From contig BROI01000015.1 in NCBI GenBank assembly GCA_027923505.1, positions 496,001 through 560,000 on the forward strand: a stretch of DNA of 64,000 bases, written 5' to 3'. The translations under genes were made by a program, and so were the position numbers. This DNA comes from Mayamaea pseudoterrestris (taxonomy: Eukaryota). Each line of letters starts with the position of its first letter. Positions within the stretch are counted from its first letter, which is position 1. Positions 11,798 through 21,390 of the stretch are shown here, piece by piece. The notes beneath the pieces were generated by a model. It made no database searches. It worked only from the letters and a program-made list of their open reading frames with translations, and had not been told where the DNA came from.

Positions 11798-13141
11798 ATG
11801 ACGGCCATGCGTGCCGACCCTGCTCTCATTGATATGTCGTCTTCCCATTCATCCTTGAGCTCCATAGACGACAAGAGTACTCGAAGACAGCAGGGCAGCG
11901 AGATACCAAGTCTAGACCTCCATGGCCTCACGAGAGACGTTGCAATTCGACGCGTCACTGACTTTTTAGAAACGCACGCTGCCGCACCTAATCCACTTCC
12001 ATCCAGCAGTGCAACGACCAGCAATAACAGCAGCGGTAGTAGAAGCAAACACAAGAAGCGAACTACATGGGTTTGTATCATTACTGGAAGTGGATCTCAT
12101 AGCGCCCAAGGTCCTGTTCTTCGATCCGAAGTGCAAAAGCTGCTTGAGCGCCGACAAATGGAATACTCAAGGAACACTGCAGGTAGCTTTCTCGTCAATG
12201 CACCCAGCGGCATTACCTTATATGCTCAAACCCAATCAGTAGACTCCAAAATTATAGTTCAAGGACAGAAACAGCAGCAGTCATCAGAGGAGGATGCCGT
12301 CCAAGAGTTTATGCGCAACGCACAAGCTGGACGAGTCGTCACCTTGAACAACCCACGCCCTGATGCATCAATGAATGGATCGTCTAGCAGCTTAAATTCT
12401 TCTGAGCACTTTCCGTCACTCCAAGAAGTTCAAAGAGAGCATAATGATATTGTCAAGGCGCAAGAAGAAAGCTTGAGTGCTTTTGAATCAAGTCGCAAAC
12501 TAGCGTCGCAGGAACAGTCGGCCATTCAAGCAGCACTAGCACTTTCACAGGAGCAGATTGACAGGGAGCGACAGGAGGAAGAAGCCGCCATACTTACAGC
12601 ACTTGAAGAATCCAAAAGCATGGCGGAGCTACAACTAAAAGAGGAACTCGACTTGATGAAAAAGGCACTGGACGAATCAAAGCAAGAGTCAGAACTACAG
12701 CAACAGCAGGAGAGCAACTTGCTAAAAAAGGCACTTGAAGACTCCAAGCTACAAGCCGAGTTGGAACAGCAACATGAACAAGAAGCCATGGCTAAGGCGC
12801 TTGAGGAGTCAAAGCGCCAGATGGAGTTCGAGGAGGCGCAGATGAACTTGATTTTGGAGGAATCCAAACGATTAGCACAGAGTCATCAAACGAGCGACGA
12901 GCTTTTGCTACAAAAGGCATTGGAGGAGTCACAAAAGGCTGCCAAGGCTCTTCAGGAGGAAGATTTGCTACTGCTACGAGTCATGGAGGCATCTAGACGC
13001 CAGCATTATTCGAATCATCCGCGCGAAGACGAAGTGCTTTCGCTGGTGCTCACACAATCAGCGCGACTTGCGCAACAAGACCAAATGTCCGACGACGAGC
13101 TAATACGGCGCATCATGGATCAAAGTTTGAAGGACAACTGA
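11798..13141 (+). CDS. Smr-domain protein with tandem ubiquitin-interacting-motif (UIM)-like repeats
   Basis: N-terminal LDLHGL...IITGSGSHS (Smr signature). C-terminal half has about 11 acidic-LxxALxxS helices, e.g. EEAAILTALEESK and DELLLQKALEESQ. Confidence 0.85.
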   Translation: MTAMRADPALIDMSSSHSSLSSIDDKSTRRQQGSEIPSLDLHGLTRDVAIRRVTDFLETHAAAPNPLPSSSATTSNNSSGSRSKHKKRTTWVCIITGSGSHSAQGPVLRSEVQKLLERRQMEYSRNTAGSFLVNAPSGITLYAQTQSVDSKIIVQGQKQQQSSEEDAVQEFMRNAQAGRVVTLNNPRPDASMNGSSSSLNSSEHFPSLQEVQREHNDIVKAQEESLSAFESSRKLASQEQSAIQAALALSQEQIDRERQEEEAAILTALEESKSMAELQLKEELDLMKKALDESKQESELQQQQESNLLKKALEDSKLQAELEQQHEQEAMAKALEESKRQMEFEEAQMNLILEESKRLAQSHQTSDELLLQKALEESQKAAKALQEEDLLLLRVMEASRRQHYSNHPREDEVLSLVLTQSARLAQQDQMSDDELIRRIMDQSLKDN

Positions 13142-13306
13142 CTTTTGCTTGAACATTCCCGGAGAATTCTACTGGAAAATTAGCTACGATACGACGAAAC
13201 ATTGTACAATTTGCAATTGCAGGCTAGCATAGCGAAATTTCGTTTATATAGACCATACGGATCATGACATGTATAAAAAGTGCTAACTCTAGGACTAGCG
13301 CGTACC

Positions 13307-15778
13307 TCACGAAAGGAAGTATCTAGAGCCACTTCCGGTGCGTACTGTTTCTTCCGCAGCAATCCTTCCGGATGCAATTGGCGATGTCGTGATACGTTCA
13401 CCATCTCGAAAGTTGGGCGAGCCACTTATAAGCCCAGTAATGCTGCCATCGCGATTCTCCTTCCACTTGCTAATGGAAGGGACGCCTCGAGGGGCCGTTC
13501 GCACTGGCCTTCTCTCAAATCCGGTAGACCTTTTCGCAGACGCTGGCGATGGACTGAAAGGAGCTGAGCTACTTTCAATCTTGGCCGTATTTCCAAATAG
13601 CGAGAATGTTGATCGAGGCTTCGCCTGTTCGACTGTCTCAAGCGCAGTCTTGGCATCTTTGTCGCGAGTTTGACGAGTGAGCGTTATTGTTGCCCCCGGA
13701 AGAGCCGAGAAAAGGTCTTTCATGGCATTCTGTTTATTTGTAACGCCACCTGGAGTAGTGTCGCTCAAGAAATACTTGGAACCGCTGCCCGTCTCCACAA
13801 CACATCCATTCTCAATATCACCCTTTGCAATCTTCGTTGTCTCGATACGATCGCCATCGTCAAAGTTAGAATTGCCGTACACTAATCCGCTAATGCCTCC
13901 GTCTCGTCGAAGCTTCCACCTCACAATAGTTGAAACGCCAGCTGGCGCCTTCGTTAACCTTGGAGAGGGCTTCTTTTGAGAAGGCGCAACCCGAAGACTG
14001 GGACTCGAGAATATGTTCATGACCGGCGTGATTTGCGCCTGTTGCTCCTTGTTTCGCTGAGCTTCCAATCGTTGCTGCTCAGCTTTGACTGCAGAAGACT
14101 TCCGAGCGTCGGCTTGCTCCTGTTTCTTCAATTGAGCAGCTTTGTTTGCAGCCTCGCGTTTCACGCGTGCCTTGTCAACAGCTGCCTTCTGCGCAGCGGC
14201 TTGCTCTTGTTTCTTTTTTAGTTCCGCTTGTCGCTTCGCTGCAGCCTCTTGGCGTTGCCTTTCCTCCGCTGCTTGGCGGTTTCGCGCGTCTTGTTGCTTG
14301 CGCTCCATATCTGATTGACGTTGCGATTCTAGACGAGCCTTTGCTGCTTCTGCAGCCTGTTGCTTCTTCGCAAGTTCTGCTTGGCGTCTACTCTCCGCCT
14401 CTGCCTGACGTTTCGCATCAGCTGCGTTCCTTCGGGCTTCGTCTTCTCTACGTTTCTTGTCTAAATCGTCGCGTCGCTTCGCCTCCGCCTCGCGTGCCCT
14501 GGCTGCCGCTTCTTGCTGTTTCCGTCGCTGATCAGCTTCGTCGCGCTTGCGTTTTGCGTCCGCTTCCTTAGTGTCTGTACTCGTTGATCTTGACGCGCTG
14601 TCTTGGTTCAACAAATTCTTCAAAGAAACCTCGCTAAAGATAAAATTATCATCTGATTTCTTTGCAGGGGTTGCCGATTTTTTGGTAGTCGCTTCTGCGA
14701 CCTTGGGCAAGCTGAATGCCGATGGTTCAATCTTGGGTAGCTCCATCTTCGGTGCATCAATTTTCGGCAGCTCAAAGTTTGATAAATTAATTTTCGGCGC
14801 TTCAATCTTTGGTAGCTCAATCTTTGGAGCTTCTTTCTTTGGTGATACAGAACGCGGCGCCGAAGGAGCCCTAGGCGGAACCTTTGGCGGTTCTGGCTTT
14901 TTCGGTGGCTCTACTTTTGCGAGGGGCGTTGTCGGAGGAGGCAGCCTTGGTGGCTGAGGCTCATGCGTCTTGTCCTTGTCCAACATGGCTTCCAATTTCT
15001 TGATTTGTTTGCGCGGCAGGGCAGTCACTTCGTCAACAGCTCTCGTAAAAGTCTTTGACGCCGAGTCGGCAATTCGTCCCGGTGTTGCTGCAGCTTCTTC
15101 GGCCAGCTTGTCAGCTGCGTCTAGTGCAGCATCAGCAATCTTGCTAGGAATGGCTTCAATGCCCTTAATAGTTTCATCAGCTTTCTTTGCAGCGGCTGAT
15201 TGGACCTTGCCAGGAATAGCTTTGATTCCATTGACTGTCTCTTCGGCCTTTCGTTGCGCGGCATTTTGAATATTGCCAGGGATCGACTGAATACCAGCTA
15301 CCATATTATCGGCTTGCCGCTTGGCAGCGTTAGAAGCAGCATTGGCAAGTTTTCCAGGCATTGCCTGAACCTCCGTGGCAACCTTGGTGGCGGCGCCAGT
15401 TGCCGCATTCGCCATGAATTTGCCAACTTTACTCGCAAATCCCTGCATGAATTTGAGTGCCGCATTCTCTTCCTGAGGCGGCGACGATGGTCTCGTCGGT
15501 TGCTTTGGAGTTTGCACTGGAATATTTACTTGTTGCTGCTGTCCGTTGACTTTGTTAAGTGATTGTTCGGCTGCTCGTAAGGCGTCCTCCACTTCTGCTG
15601 TGACGTCCTCGACGCTGATTTGTTCCTTGTTTGGATCGACTGCGTACAACAACGTCGATGGACTGCTATTTTGAATCGTAAGGCTATTGTATGTTCTATA
15701 ATTGACTGGAGCTGCTCGGAAGGCTCCATCGCATGGGATTACAAGCGCAAGGATGGCTGCTGAAAGGGAGAGCCTCAT
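13307..15778 (-). CDS. Predicted plastid-targeted repeat protein of unknown function
   Basis: Signal peptide plus AF motif (CDG-AFRAAP), 22-aa amphipathic repeats, PKIEL pentapeptides, an A/K/E/Q coiled coil and a duplicated ~60-aa C-terminal domain ending TGSGS(K/R)YFLS. Confidence 0.8.
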   Translation of the reverse strand: MRLSLSAAILALVIPCDGAFRAAPVNYRTYNSLTIQNSSPSTLLYAVDPNKEQISVEDVTAEVEDALRAAEQSLNKVNGQQQQVNIPVQTPKQPTRPSSPPQEENAALKFMQGFASKVGKFMANAATGAATKVATEVQAMPGKLANAASNAAKRQADNMVAGIQSIPGNIQNAAQRKAEETVNGIKAIPGKVQSAAAKKADETIKGIEAIPSKIADAALDAADKLAEEAAATPGRIADSASKTFTRAVDEVTALPRKQIKKLEAMLDKDKTHEPQPPRLPPPTTPLAKVEPPKKPEPPKVPPRAPSAPRSVSPKKEAPKIELPKIEAPKINLSNFELPKIDAPKMELPKIEPSAFSLPKVAEATTKKSATPAKKSDDNFIFSEVSLKNLLNQDSASRSTSTDTKEADAKRKRDEADQRRKQQEAAARAREAEAKRRDDLDKKRREDEARRNAADAKRQAEAESRRQAELAKKQQAAEAAKARLESQRQSDMERKQQDARNRQAAEERQRQEAAAKRQAELKKKQEQAAAQKAAVDKARVKREAANKAAQLKKQEQADARKSSAVKAEQQRLEAQRNKEQQAQITPVMNIFSSPSLRVAPSQKKPSPRLTKAPAGVSTIVRWKLRRDGGISGLVYGNSNFDDGDRIETTKIAKGDIENGCVVETGSGSKYFLSDTTPGGVTNKQNAMKDLFSALPGATITLTRQTRDKDAKTALETVEQAKPRSTFSLFGNTAKIESSSAPFSPSPASAKRSTGFERRPVRTAPRGVPSISKWKENRDGSITGLISGSPNFRDGERITTSPIASGRIAAEETVRTGSGSRYFLS

Positions 15779-16131
15779 CGTTTGTCCCGAGGATCGATGA
15801 TATTATTCAAGCAGATTGAATTTGCGAATTAACCTGGCTGAGCAGTACTTGTTTCGCTTACACTCAAGGTCGTTAAGCTTTTTAATTGCCTGCAAATATG
15901 AATCAGATTATCGTCGAACGATGGGCATGTCGTCGCTCATCGTCACCTTTCCATGAAGCTGGATCTTCCTTGCGCGGGCGGTTTCAACGTGACGCGAGAA
16001 ACGGACTGACGTTTCCAACCTGATCCTTAAATGGGACAGTCCACTTAGCTACTGTACCGCAGGGTAGCCTACTTTCATCTTTTCAAATGACAAGCAATCA
16101 GTATGTTTTCTACTACTATATTAGACAGTAT

Positions 16132-16984
16132 TTAATGCTTGCGGCGACCAGTGGAGCAAGTGTGCTGTCCACGTACGCGGACGGCCCACCAGTGTCGCAA
16201 ACCGCGGTGAGCCCGGATCTTCTTGAGACGCTCAATGTCGTCACGAAACTTGGCGGCAATGTTTTGTGCAAAGACTTGCGAGTACTTGCCCGTCTTGAAA
16301 TCCTTTTGTCTGTTTAAAAACCACAAAGGAATCTTGAACTGACGGGGATTCTGAATGACAGCAACGAGCTTTTCAATCTCATCGGCCGTGAGTTCTCCCG
16401 CGCGCTTGTTGACATCGACTTCCGCCTTTTTGCAAATCAAGTCGGAGAATCGACGACCAATTCCTCCAATCTTGGTCAAACCAAAAACGACATTGCGCTT
16501 TCCCTCAACGTTGGTATTGAGAATACGCAGAATGTGCTGGAATTCGGGGCCTTGGACCAATGAAGCAGACCTGAACGCAACGTGAAGAGGCCGAAAAGAA
16601 AGTGAGCAAATTTGTGATTCAATCGTATCGTGAAGCAACCAAGCATAGTTTATCTCGATCTGATAGCATTTTCTCTCTATAAGCGCAAAGCCAATGGAAG
16701 CAGTGTTCTGTTGTGTAGTTCCACGAAAAGTGATAATTTCAAATAGACCGCCTGGGTAACTTGTAACGTGCTTGCACGAGTTTGAACTCTTCGAGTTGAA
16801 CGTGTTTCAACAGGTCACAGAGTCCGCAGCAGCCTCGTAGACGCCTTTGTCACGTAGCAAAGACGGCCCGAAGCTATGTAAAATTGACCACTCGTCAGTC
16901 GATGCCAACTTGCCGCCCCTCCGCTGATCAAAAATTCCAAGTGCAAGCCACTAGCAAGACACTAGCAATCCGTTATACTTACAT
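16132..16984 (-). CDS. RPS18: 40S ribosomal protein S18 (uS13), 2 exons
   Basis: [12 protein letters not shown]...RAGELT...[17 protein letters not shown]. Exon 1 supplies AT (16984-16983), intron 16982-16571 (GTAAGT...TTCAG), exon 2 begins G-TCT-GCT. Confidence 0.95.
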
Positions 16985-17237
16985 GATGCTAATTTTTTGT
17001 TATCGCAATTCAAGGAGCCAAGAGCAACAAAACGATAGACTTGCGATGCTTTTGTTGGGCGACGAGCAACTCGTCGAAGTTAGTAAGCCGGTAACTTGAA
17101 AGTCTGTTCGGTACACAAATGTCAGCGTCGCTCCGGGAATGACAGCTTCACGACCGAGGACCACCGATTTGTGCCAAAGAACAAACCGAGAAGGAGTCTG
17201 CTGTCCAAGTTGCACTCATTCCTTGCTTTCGACTAAC

Positions 17238-19589
17238 ATGTCATCCAAAAAGTCGACGCAGTTCACAGTTTTTGTGCGTTTCAATCCGCCCAATGCCAAT
17301 CTTCGTCGGCATCATACGGAGCAGTGGTTCGCCGGCGTTGGTCCGATCAAGAAAAGCAGCCTCATTCATCAAGACAATAAGGTCTATGGCTTTATCAAGT
17401 ATACGTGTCAACAAGATACGGAACAAGCTGTTAAAGAGTATAACAATAAGGCATATACGGTAGATGGAGAAAAGGTTCAGGTGCAAATGGTCTTGGCCGA
17501 CAAGGCATCATCGTCGGCAAGTGCTGTTTCGACGACGCCATCGGCGACGGCACCAAAAGATACACTCGACAAGAGGCAGCCCGAGCAGTCACAGGAGCAG
17601 CAACATGATCGACGTGACACTCATGAAGTCTACCGCAAAAAGGCCTGCCGCCTCATCCTCCGCAACCTTGCCTTTTCTGCCACGGAGCGTGAGATTCGCA
17701 AATCACTTTCAACCTTTGGACCACTGACGGAGGTTCACATTCCGACGGTGACTGGCGCGCCGACGCATCGGGGCTTTGCCTTTGTCACTTTTGAAAAGGT
17801 GAATGACGCCAATGAGTGCTTGAAGGCTGCCGGTAATATTATGATTGGTAAACGACCCGTGCAAGTGGCGCACTCACTAAACAAGGCAGACTATGATCAA
17901 CAAAAGCAAAAGGGTGATCAAAAAGGAAAGGATAAAAGATTTCGAAATGACGAAAAGATGAATGTTGTCGAAGAAAAGAAGGATCACGACGAAAACAGTG
18001 ATGACGACCACGAGGAACACGACGGCGAAGAGAGCGACGACCAATCGGAGACAGGCAGCACTCATGACTTTGCCAAGGCTGACGATGACTCTCACATGGA
18101 CGAGAAGTCGCAAGAAGAGGGCAGGAAATCGGACCGTAATGCAGCCTTGGCTGAGAAACGTGCCCTCTTCATTCGCAACTTGCCCTTTGATGTTTCACGA
18201 CATGATCTATTTGAATTGTTTCGCAAATATGGCAAGATTGACTCCATTTATCTCTGTAAGGGCGAAAATGGAATTGCCAAGGGTACAGCTTTTTTAAACT
18301 ACGTCAAGCCGGCAGCCGCGCAGAGAGCGGTGCAGGCGGCAGATGTAAGTGGCGGCGCCGGTGGTGATTTTGACGGGGCTGGCATTTTGCTGAGTGGTAG
18401 ACGCTTGTTGGTTGATTTGGCCGTCGACAAGGAGACTGCCACAACTCTTACAATTGACAAGAACAATGTGGGTGGAAAAGATCGGCGCAACATGTATCTT
18501 CGGACGGAAGGGCGCGTGGATGAAACATCTGAATGGGAAGCATTGCCCGCAGCGGACAAGGAAAAGCGACAGCGAGCATGGGCAGACAAGAATACTAAGC
18601 TTAAGTCTCCTATCTTCTTCATCAATCCAACGCGGCTTAGTTTCCGTAATCTAGCCAAGCATGTCGACGAGACGGGGCTTAAAAAGTTGCTTGTCTCTGC
18701 AACTGCAAAAGGCATTGAGAAGAAGCTAGTGTCGGCGCAGGACCAGATTGCCATGTGGAAAGCGAAGGGCGACATGACCACTCGTGAGATCCTCGCTCGC
18801 ATACAAGAGATTGAGGAAGGTGAAGACGGCGAAAATTCAATACTACCAGCGTTTGACTCTGCAAACGTAAGGCGCTACATTCCATCTGTCTTTATCGACC
18901 GAGACTATTCGAAGGGAGACCGCAAAGATGCTCCCAGTAGAGGCTTTGGCTTTGCGCAATTCGAACACCATGTCCATGCATTGGCTTGCTTGCGCGAGCT
19001 GAACAACAATACCGATTACACGAAGGACTTTGTTGCTGGAGGAAGCCGAGCGTGGCAGGCGCTAAAGCGACCGAAAAAATCTAAGAAAAAAGCAGCTTTT
19101 GAATCCGATGCGAGTGGATTAACAGATGAAGACGGGCAAGTCAAACTGCCTCGGCTAGTTGTTGAATTTACTGTCGAAAACAAGGTCAAGGCGAAGCAGC
19201 AAGTTGAGCATCGCGCGCATCAAGAGGCCAACGTGTTAAAGCAAAAGCTCGAGGGTAAGTCTTCGAAGAAGAAGAAGGAAAAGAACAAGGCTCGAGGAGC
19301 ACGACAGCGCGAGAATCGACGCAAGGCTCAAGAAATGGACGGCGAGACTGCAGAAGTTGAGACAACAAATGCTGTGGCGAGCGAGGCGATGGAAACCGAG
19401 GAACATCTTACCGTGGAGAAGACGAAAATGGCCAAGCCGCCAAAGAAGAAGCCAAAGATTGATCCGAGCGAGAAAAAATTCAACGATTTGGTGGAAACTT
19501 ATAAGCGCTCCTTCGTTGCCAGTACTACCATCGCTGAGGTTGCAGGAGCGGCATCAGCCGAGAAGTCTGAGAAACGATGGTTCGAGTAA
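17238..19589 (+). CDS. RBM28: RBM28/Nop4 nucleolar multi-RRM ribosome biogenesis protein
   Basis: Four RRMs (LILRNL, RGFAFVTF, KGTAF, SRGFGFAQFEHHVHALACLRELNN), DRRNMYL, KLKSPIFFINPTRL and C-terminal KRWFE. Confidence 0.92.
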   Translation: MSSKKSTQFTVFVRFNPPNANLRRHHTEQWFAGVGPIKKSSLIHQDNKVYGFIKYTCQQDTEQAVKEYNNKAYTVDGEKVQVQMVLADKASSSASAVSTTPSATAPKDTLDKRQPEQSQEQQHDRRDTHEVYRKKACRLILRNLAFSATEREIRKSLSTFGPLTEVHIPTVTGAPTHRGFAFVTFEKVNDANECLKAAGNIMIGKRPVQVAHSLNKADYDQQKQKGDQKGKDKRFRNDEKMNVVEEKKDHDENSDDDHEEHDGEESDDQSETGSTHDFAKADDDSHMDEKSQEEGRKSDRNAALAEKRALFIRNLPFDVSRHDLFELFRKYGKIDSIYLCKGENGIAKGTAFLNYVKPAAAQRAVQAADVSGGAGGDFDGAGILLSGRRLLVDLAVDKETATTLTIDKNNVGGKDRRNMYLRTEGRVDETSEWEALPAADKEKRQRAWADKNTKLKSPIFFINPTRLSFRNLAKHVDETGLKKLLVSATAKGIEKKLVSAQDQIAMWKAKGDMTTREILARIQEIEEGEDGENSILPAFDSANVRRYIPSVFIDRDYSKGDRKDAPSRGFGFAQFEHHVHALACLRELNNNTDYTKDFVAGGSRAWQALKRPKKSKKKAAFESDASGLTDEDGQVKLPRLVVEFTVENKVKAKQQVEHRAHQEANVLKQKLEGKSSKKKKEKNKARGARQRENRRKAQEMDGETAEVETTNAVASEAMETEEHLTVEKTKMAKPPKKKPKIDPSEKKFNDLVETYKRSFVASTTIAEVAGAASAEKSEKRWFE

Positions 19590-19654
19590 GCTTAGACTGG
19601 CACCACTATCTTTACATGATTTACATTTAACAAGTAGTCAATCGCTTTAGATGG

Positions 19655-21053
19655 CTAGAAGATCTTTTGATACTGGCCTTTCTGCAGAAAAGCGACTGGA
19701 CTTTGGTTACCTGCGAGTAACCAGCTTTCGATCGTAATCTTCGCATTTCCAGACGCTTGGTCCATCTCCGATACGACTCCTTGGCCGTATTGCGTCGACA
19801 CCTTATCTCCAATTCTTGCCCATGCACTGCCTTTTGCCACCATGGACGCTGCGTCCTTCTCATCAACGGCCGACAATGCATTAAGCGTCATCCCTAACCC
19901 ATCGAGCACGCCGTATACGACCTTTTCAAGATTGAGCGTATAAAAGTGGAGCACCGTTACATGACCACTTGCCATGAGCTCCTTGCATGTCTGCACACCA
20001 AACTCAATGCCAAACTGCTTGATTGCAGCCGCGTCGTCCTTGATGGACTCCATCTTGTTGCGCAATTCGTCCGGAACGCGAGTCTTGCAAAACTTTGCCA
20101 TCTTGACAAAACCGGCGTAGTTGTTAATGCACATCAGACCAGGTACAATTGGACAAGCAATTCCGACTCGCCGGCAGTCGTCTACAAATTTAATGTATAC
20201 TTTTGCGTCAAAAAACATTTGCGTAATGATAAGGTCTGCCAAAAATGGGCGAATAATTAGAACTGGCAACAGATACAATACGACGACATTCATTGACATC
20301 GTCCATATTGTCACGTACCTGCTCCAGCGTCCACCTTTTTCTTCAAATATGCAAGTTCCGATTCATAATCCTTGTCAAGGCAGCAATATGTAACGCCGTC
20401 GAAATTACTCGCTCGCAACTGTTCATCCGCCGTCAAGGTCGACGCATCCTCCACGACTGAAATGGCATTCGGATGTCCCTCGGGATATCCAGCAACGCTG
20501 ATTCCAAAGTCATTTCCAAACTTCTCCTTGATAAACAAAACCAAGTCTAGTGCGCACGTGAATCCACCTTCACTCGCCTTCCATTCCTCCTCTCCAGCAG
20601 GAGGATCGCCTCGCAAGGCAACAATGTTTCGAATGCCACCTTCATGAGCCGTTTTGAGAGATTGGTAGATCGCTTCCTTTGGATCAGCCACGTCTTGTAG
20701 GTTGGTGCAGGTCAAGTGGAGGTTACTCACGTGCCCAGTGCGTTGCGCATACAGTCCCAAGTCCATGGAAATGTCCGAAGTGCTACCTCCGGCGCCCCAA
20801 GTCATGTCGGTAAACAGGGGATTAACTGTCTGCTTCATGCGATCCATGCGTGCGTAGAGACTCTATGTATGTTGTAGAAAAAAGTTGTTACAGAGTGAGA
20901 GGTGCATTGAGCGTGACGAGTGACAAGGGCAGCCTCGGGCTTCTCTCGCAATCTCACCTTGACGCCATCCTCTGTTCGCGGCGGAAAGAACTCCAGTGAA
21001 ACATGAGGCTTGGTAGGGTCTGCATTCTGCAGTAGGTCGATAATCTTGGTCAT
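19655..21053 (-). CDS. MTHFR: Methylenetetrahydrofolate reductase (catalytic domain plus short C-terminal domain), 3 exons
   Basis: SLEFFPPRT, TWGAGG, HLTC, ALRGDPP, VAGYPEGHP, KKKVDAGA/DLIITQMFFD and LHFYTLN. Introns 20863-20957 and 20236-20318. Confidence 0.95.
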
Positions 21054-21390
21054 GGTGAGGGTCGTCTGGGTCGTTGAAATTGTGCGACGCCCGCATCATT
21101 GGCGCGGCAGAAACGAACGTGCCGGAGAACGTGCGTCGAAAATGGTACTATGGCGTTTAGTGTGTAACTCATCGTACCGGTACTAATCAATGACGACGAC
21201 CGTTCATTGGGCTTGGCCATGATGAAGATCGTCCCCTCGCGACGCCCATCATTCAGCAATCTTTAAAAAAAGGCACTTTACCGTTGCAAAGTCTAGTCAA
21301 AACGTTTCAATCCTTGACGACTACCGGTAGAGCGAAGTAGTTATTCGATTTGATTTCTGATTCCCGGAACTCTTGAAACCTTCAAGCATC

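Noticed and set aside
16571..16982. RNase P/MRP, SRP, telomerase or U snRNA identity for the RPS18 intron
   Set aside because: Only partial look-alikes were found (AATTTTTGA Sm-like site, TCTGT/ACAGA pairing). The diagnostic conserved motifs are missing.
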